Assembly: GCA_977018835.1 (NCBI GenBank)
Contig: OZ361258.1
Coordinates: 434,001 to 498,000, forward strand
Origin: Minutocellus sp. GHC0000111
Lineage: Eukaryota
DNA length: 64,000 nt
Reading direction: 5' to 3'
The translations under genes and the position numbers were made by a program. Below are positions 61,143 through 64,000 of the stretch, piece by piece. Under the pieces are notes generated by a model. That model did no database searches. It was given only the letters and a program-made list of their open reading frames with translations, and had not been told where the DNA came from. The number at the start of each line of letters is the position of its first letter. Positions within the stretch are counted from its first letter, which is position 1.

Positions 61143-63086
61143 GGCCCGATGCTCAGCTCAGCTCAATTCGACTCGGCTCGGCTCGACTCAAATCCGAACT
61201 TCACTTACTTGCACAACGCAAGGCAGATTCTGCACAGTCACAGTCCGTTTCAAATCGACAAGACAACTAGCGAGGGTTTGTGCTGAGGTGCCGGAAGTAG
61301 TCCGGCCGGAAGTAGGCTGAGTTGTTGTGCGACGGAGCTTGTGTGCTTGTGCCTTCCAGGTAAAATAAGTTGACGTCGATCGTGGTTCCTCACGGTGTAT
61401 CTTGTGTGGTGTTTATTGATGTGCTGATCAACCGCAGTCGGACGACCTATTCAGTTAGGACGACAGGCAGGGTCAGGTCAGGCCGACGTCGGCGCACGAG
61501 ACTGGAGTAGCAGTGAAAGAGTGCAACTGTGCACCGTGCTCGTGGGGTTGGGAATTATGCACACGACGGAACGAACGGGTGCTTGGGAGGCAGGCGTTGA
61601 CTTTGCTTGTGCTCGTTTGGCTGCGTTGGGTGGCTGGAGCCAAGATTTGATCATCACTTGGTGGGCGACATGCTTCAGAAACGATGGGAGGGTCCAAAAA
61701 CGTTCAAAACCAAACCACTTTCAAACAACACAACACAACCCATGCCTGCACTTTGCATGTGTTTTCCTCTATGCAAATTTCTATCGCACGTTACGTGTCA
61801 AAATTTATTTTCTTAAACCCTCCAGTTGCATCATGCAGAAAGCCTTGAGCTTTCCGAATCCGTATCTCATCGAGTCCAAGCGGGATGCAGCACAATGGCC
61901 CCTCCTCAGGCCACAAATAAATGTCAACCAACCGGCGACACGTGGTCGGTGTTGAGATGAAGCCGTCCTTCCGTCGACAGGCCTCAATTCGACCGTTGCA
62001 ATTTGGACAAGACACGCTTACAATCTTGTCCAGTTCACCAGTTACCATCATGGCGTTTGGCTGGCGTGTCGCTATAGTAGCAACAGTAGAACCTATTGCC
62101 TGTTATCAATAGAACCGGACAAGATTCATCGCCTGGGCCAGGCTCACAGTCCAGCTGCAGCGATCGACGTGGGTGGTGCCCGCCGCCGATCGTCGTCACA
62201 GTTTCAACAACATCAACCGCTGTCTCCGCTTCGGGAGCACTTGACCGTGAGGACCTCAGGTCCGATCTCGCATGAAAGCAGATGTGCTTAATGCCACGTC
62301 CTAATGCAGCAGCGGTCACTTCCGAGGGTGCCCGACTTCCGAGGGTGCTAACCAGCAAGAGCAGCCATCATCGCATCATCACGTGGCAACCAGCCAAAAG
62401 AGCCAATGGTTGACCACGAATGGCACACATGCGCACAACAAGTCAGTTGAGCGGTCCTCCAAAGTGAGAGTTGAACCAGTCCTGGCATCCAAAGGGTTTC
62501 CCCCCTTCACACCTACTCGAGACACTTCCAACAACAATCCTTGCTGCGGCAGGCAACACGGTTCGGTTGCCCCTTGCCAATGCACTTCTTCCTATCTCAT
62601 CATGCAACGAACATCAGGAAAAATGACCACACATTTTCAGCATCGCATGTATCCAAAAGACTGCAGATAAGGCGAGACCTATTGCCTATTATCAATAGTC
62701 GGCCCTCAACACCTCACACCACCAGATTGTGCCCTCCGCCACGCCACGACACAAATGAGGAGGAACAATTGACCAAGCAAGTCAAAGATCCGGCAGATTG
62801 GTGTGTGGCTAGGGCTATGTACACAAGCGAGCAGCAGGAGCGAGAGGCCAAATTGGGTGCTTTACCGAGCGCCGCACAATAGCCCCACGTACATGTAGGA
62901 GGGTCAGCCCGCACCATCGCATTGCCACATGGCTCAGCTCAACCTTCCATCGCATCATCGACCTCTCTCAAGTCCACATGTAGATCTAAACCAGCCGACT
63001 TCTGAAGCTGAATTGCATTACACATTTATTTGAAGAAAACGCACCCGAATAATCGAATCGAACACACAGAACACACCTCCCGCATC

Positions 63087-64000
63087 ATGGCCATGCTGAA
63101 GCGGCTCCGTCGGCAGTTCTCGGGGGGAAATTTCGGCAGCAATCCCCGCCTCACTGGATCCTCCGGCCGACGGCTGCTGCCCCGCCTCGGATCGCTCAAC
63201 AGCCTCACTTCGGCCGACGGCACCGCCAAGTCCAGGCAAGCACACAAGAAGGGTGGCAGGCAAACGGGACGCCAATCTTCACAAAACAACATCGAGCAGG
63301 ACGTCTACACCCACGACGCGGCCGGTCGACGGACATTCGATCGGCTCATCACGACGCGGCAATGGGACCGCATCGAAGAACTGCTCTCGACCGACGACGG
63401 CAGGGACTACATCAAGTCCGTCTCCATGCTGTTGGATGATGCCGACACAAACACTACCACAAGTACAACCACAACAACGACCCCGGCCAAGTTCATCTCG
63501 ATATTCCATCACATCGTCCTTGCCAACCCCCCGCCCGAAATCCTATCCGACCTCATCCATCTCATCGGCGTCTCCCAGCTCCTCTGTCGGGATGACATCC
63601 GCGCGCACTACGCCGTGGGATACGGCAGCATCAAGCTGCTGCGCCACAGGGCCACCCGCCGGTCGTCCAACTCGGCCCGCGTCACCCACGAGGGCATGGC
63701 CTGGACCCCGTTGCACACCGCCGTGGCATTCTGCGTGAGTGAGGATGATTCTACTAATAACAACAGCACCGGCAACACAGGCAACACGATCGGCACCTAC
63801 CGTCTATCAGATATAATGAACAACAGCAACAGCAACAACAACACCAAGCCCCGGGTCGACACCGCCACCGTCCGCGTCTTGCTCCGTCACTTCCCGGCGC
63901 TGCCCTCGATCACCTGCGGCAAGACCTCCATAACACCCCTCATGATCGAGGTGGCCAAGGGCCCGCACGCCAACATGAGGCTGTGCAAGCGCATGGTCGA
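63087..64000 (+). CDS. Ankyrin-repeat-like protein, 3'-partial
   Basis: Frame open from the ATG at 63087 to the window end; motifs RQWDRIEELL, WTPLHTAV and ITPLMIEV. Confidence 0.65.
   Translation, partial: MAMLKRLRRQFSGGNFGSNPRLTGSSGRRLLPRLGSLNSLTSADGTAKSRQAHKKGGRQTGRQSSQNNIEQDVYTHDAAGRRTFDRLITTRQWDRIEELLSTDDGRDYIKSVSMLLDDADTNTTTSTTTTTTPAKFISIFHHIVLANPPPEILSDLIHLIGVSQLLCRDDIRAHYAVGYGSIKLLRHRATRRSSNSARVTHEGMAWTPLHTAVAFCVSEDDSTNNNSTGNTGNTIGTYRLSDIMNNSNSNNNTKPRVDTATVRVLLRHFPALPSITCGKTSITPLMIEVAKGPHANMRLCKRMV

Noticed and set aside
62318..62348. 14-bp direct repeat ACTTCCGAGGGTGC (similarly TCAGGCTTCACGAC at about 17995-18032)
   Set aside because: Only two units; simple local duplication, not a CRISPR-like array.
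1..64000. tRNA, rRNA or CRISPR loci
   Set aside because: None recognised by eye; a tRNAscan or Rfam run would be needed to exclude them.

Overview
Eukaryotic nuclear DNA, very probably from a diatom. The evidence is bipartite ASAFAP-type plastid targeting signals, a CoDi-like Copia relic, diatom-type protein domains and short GT-AG introns; the taxon is inferred from these. About 25 genes or gene relics are recognisable, including TAPT1/DUF747, RidA, VAMP7, TPM+RING, CRAL-TRIO, MoaA/CNX2, a CAMK-type kinase, a thylakoid bestrophin-like protein, a BASS transporter, a sulfatase and three ankyrin-like proteins. The most striking object is a fully bounded 4.24-kb DNA transposon (22392-26629) with perfect 17-bp TIRs and a TTAA duplication. 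It has the layout of a Kolobok element: a DDE transposase convergent with a KolX-like (P2X7-ballast-like) gene. The KolX-like protein appears fused to an RPA70-N-like OB fold. A second window-wide pattern is decay. At least 7 host genes carry premature stops or frameshifts, two more are truncated head-to-head, and there is a fresh 229-bp inverted duplication and a telomeric micro-insertion. All family assignments are by motif recognition; no database search was run.
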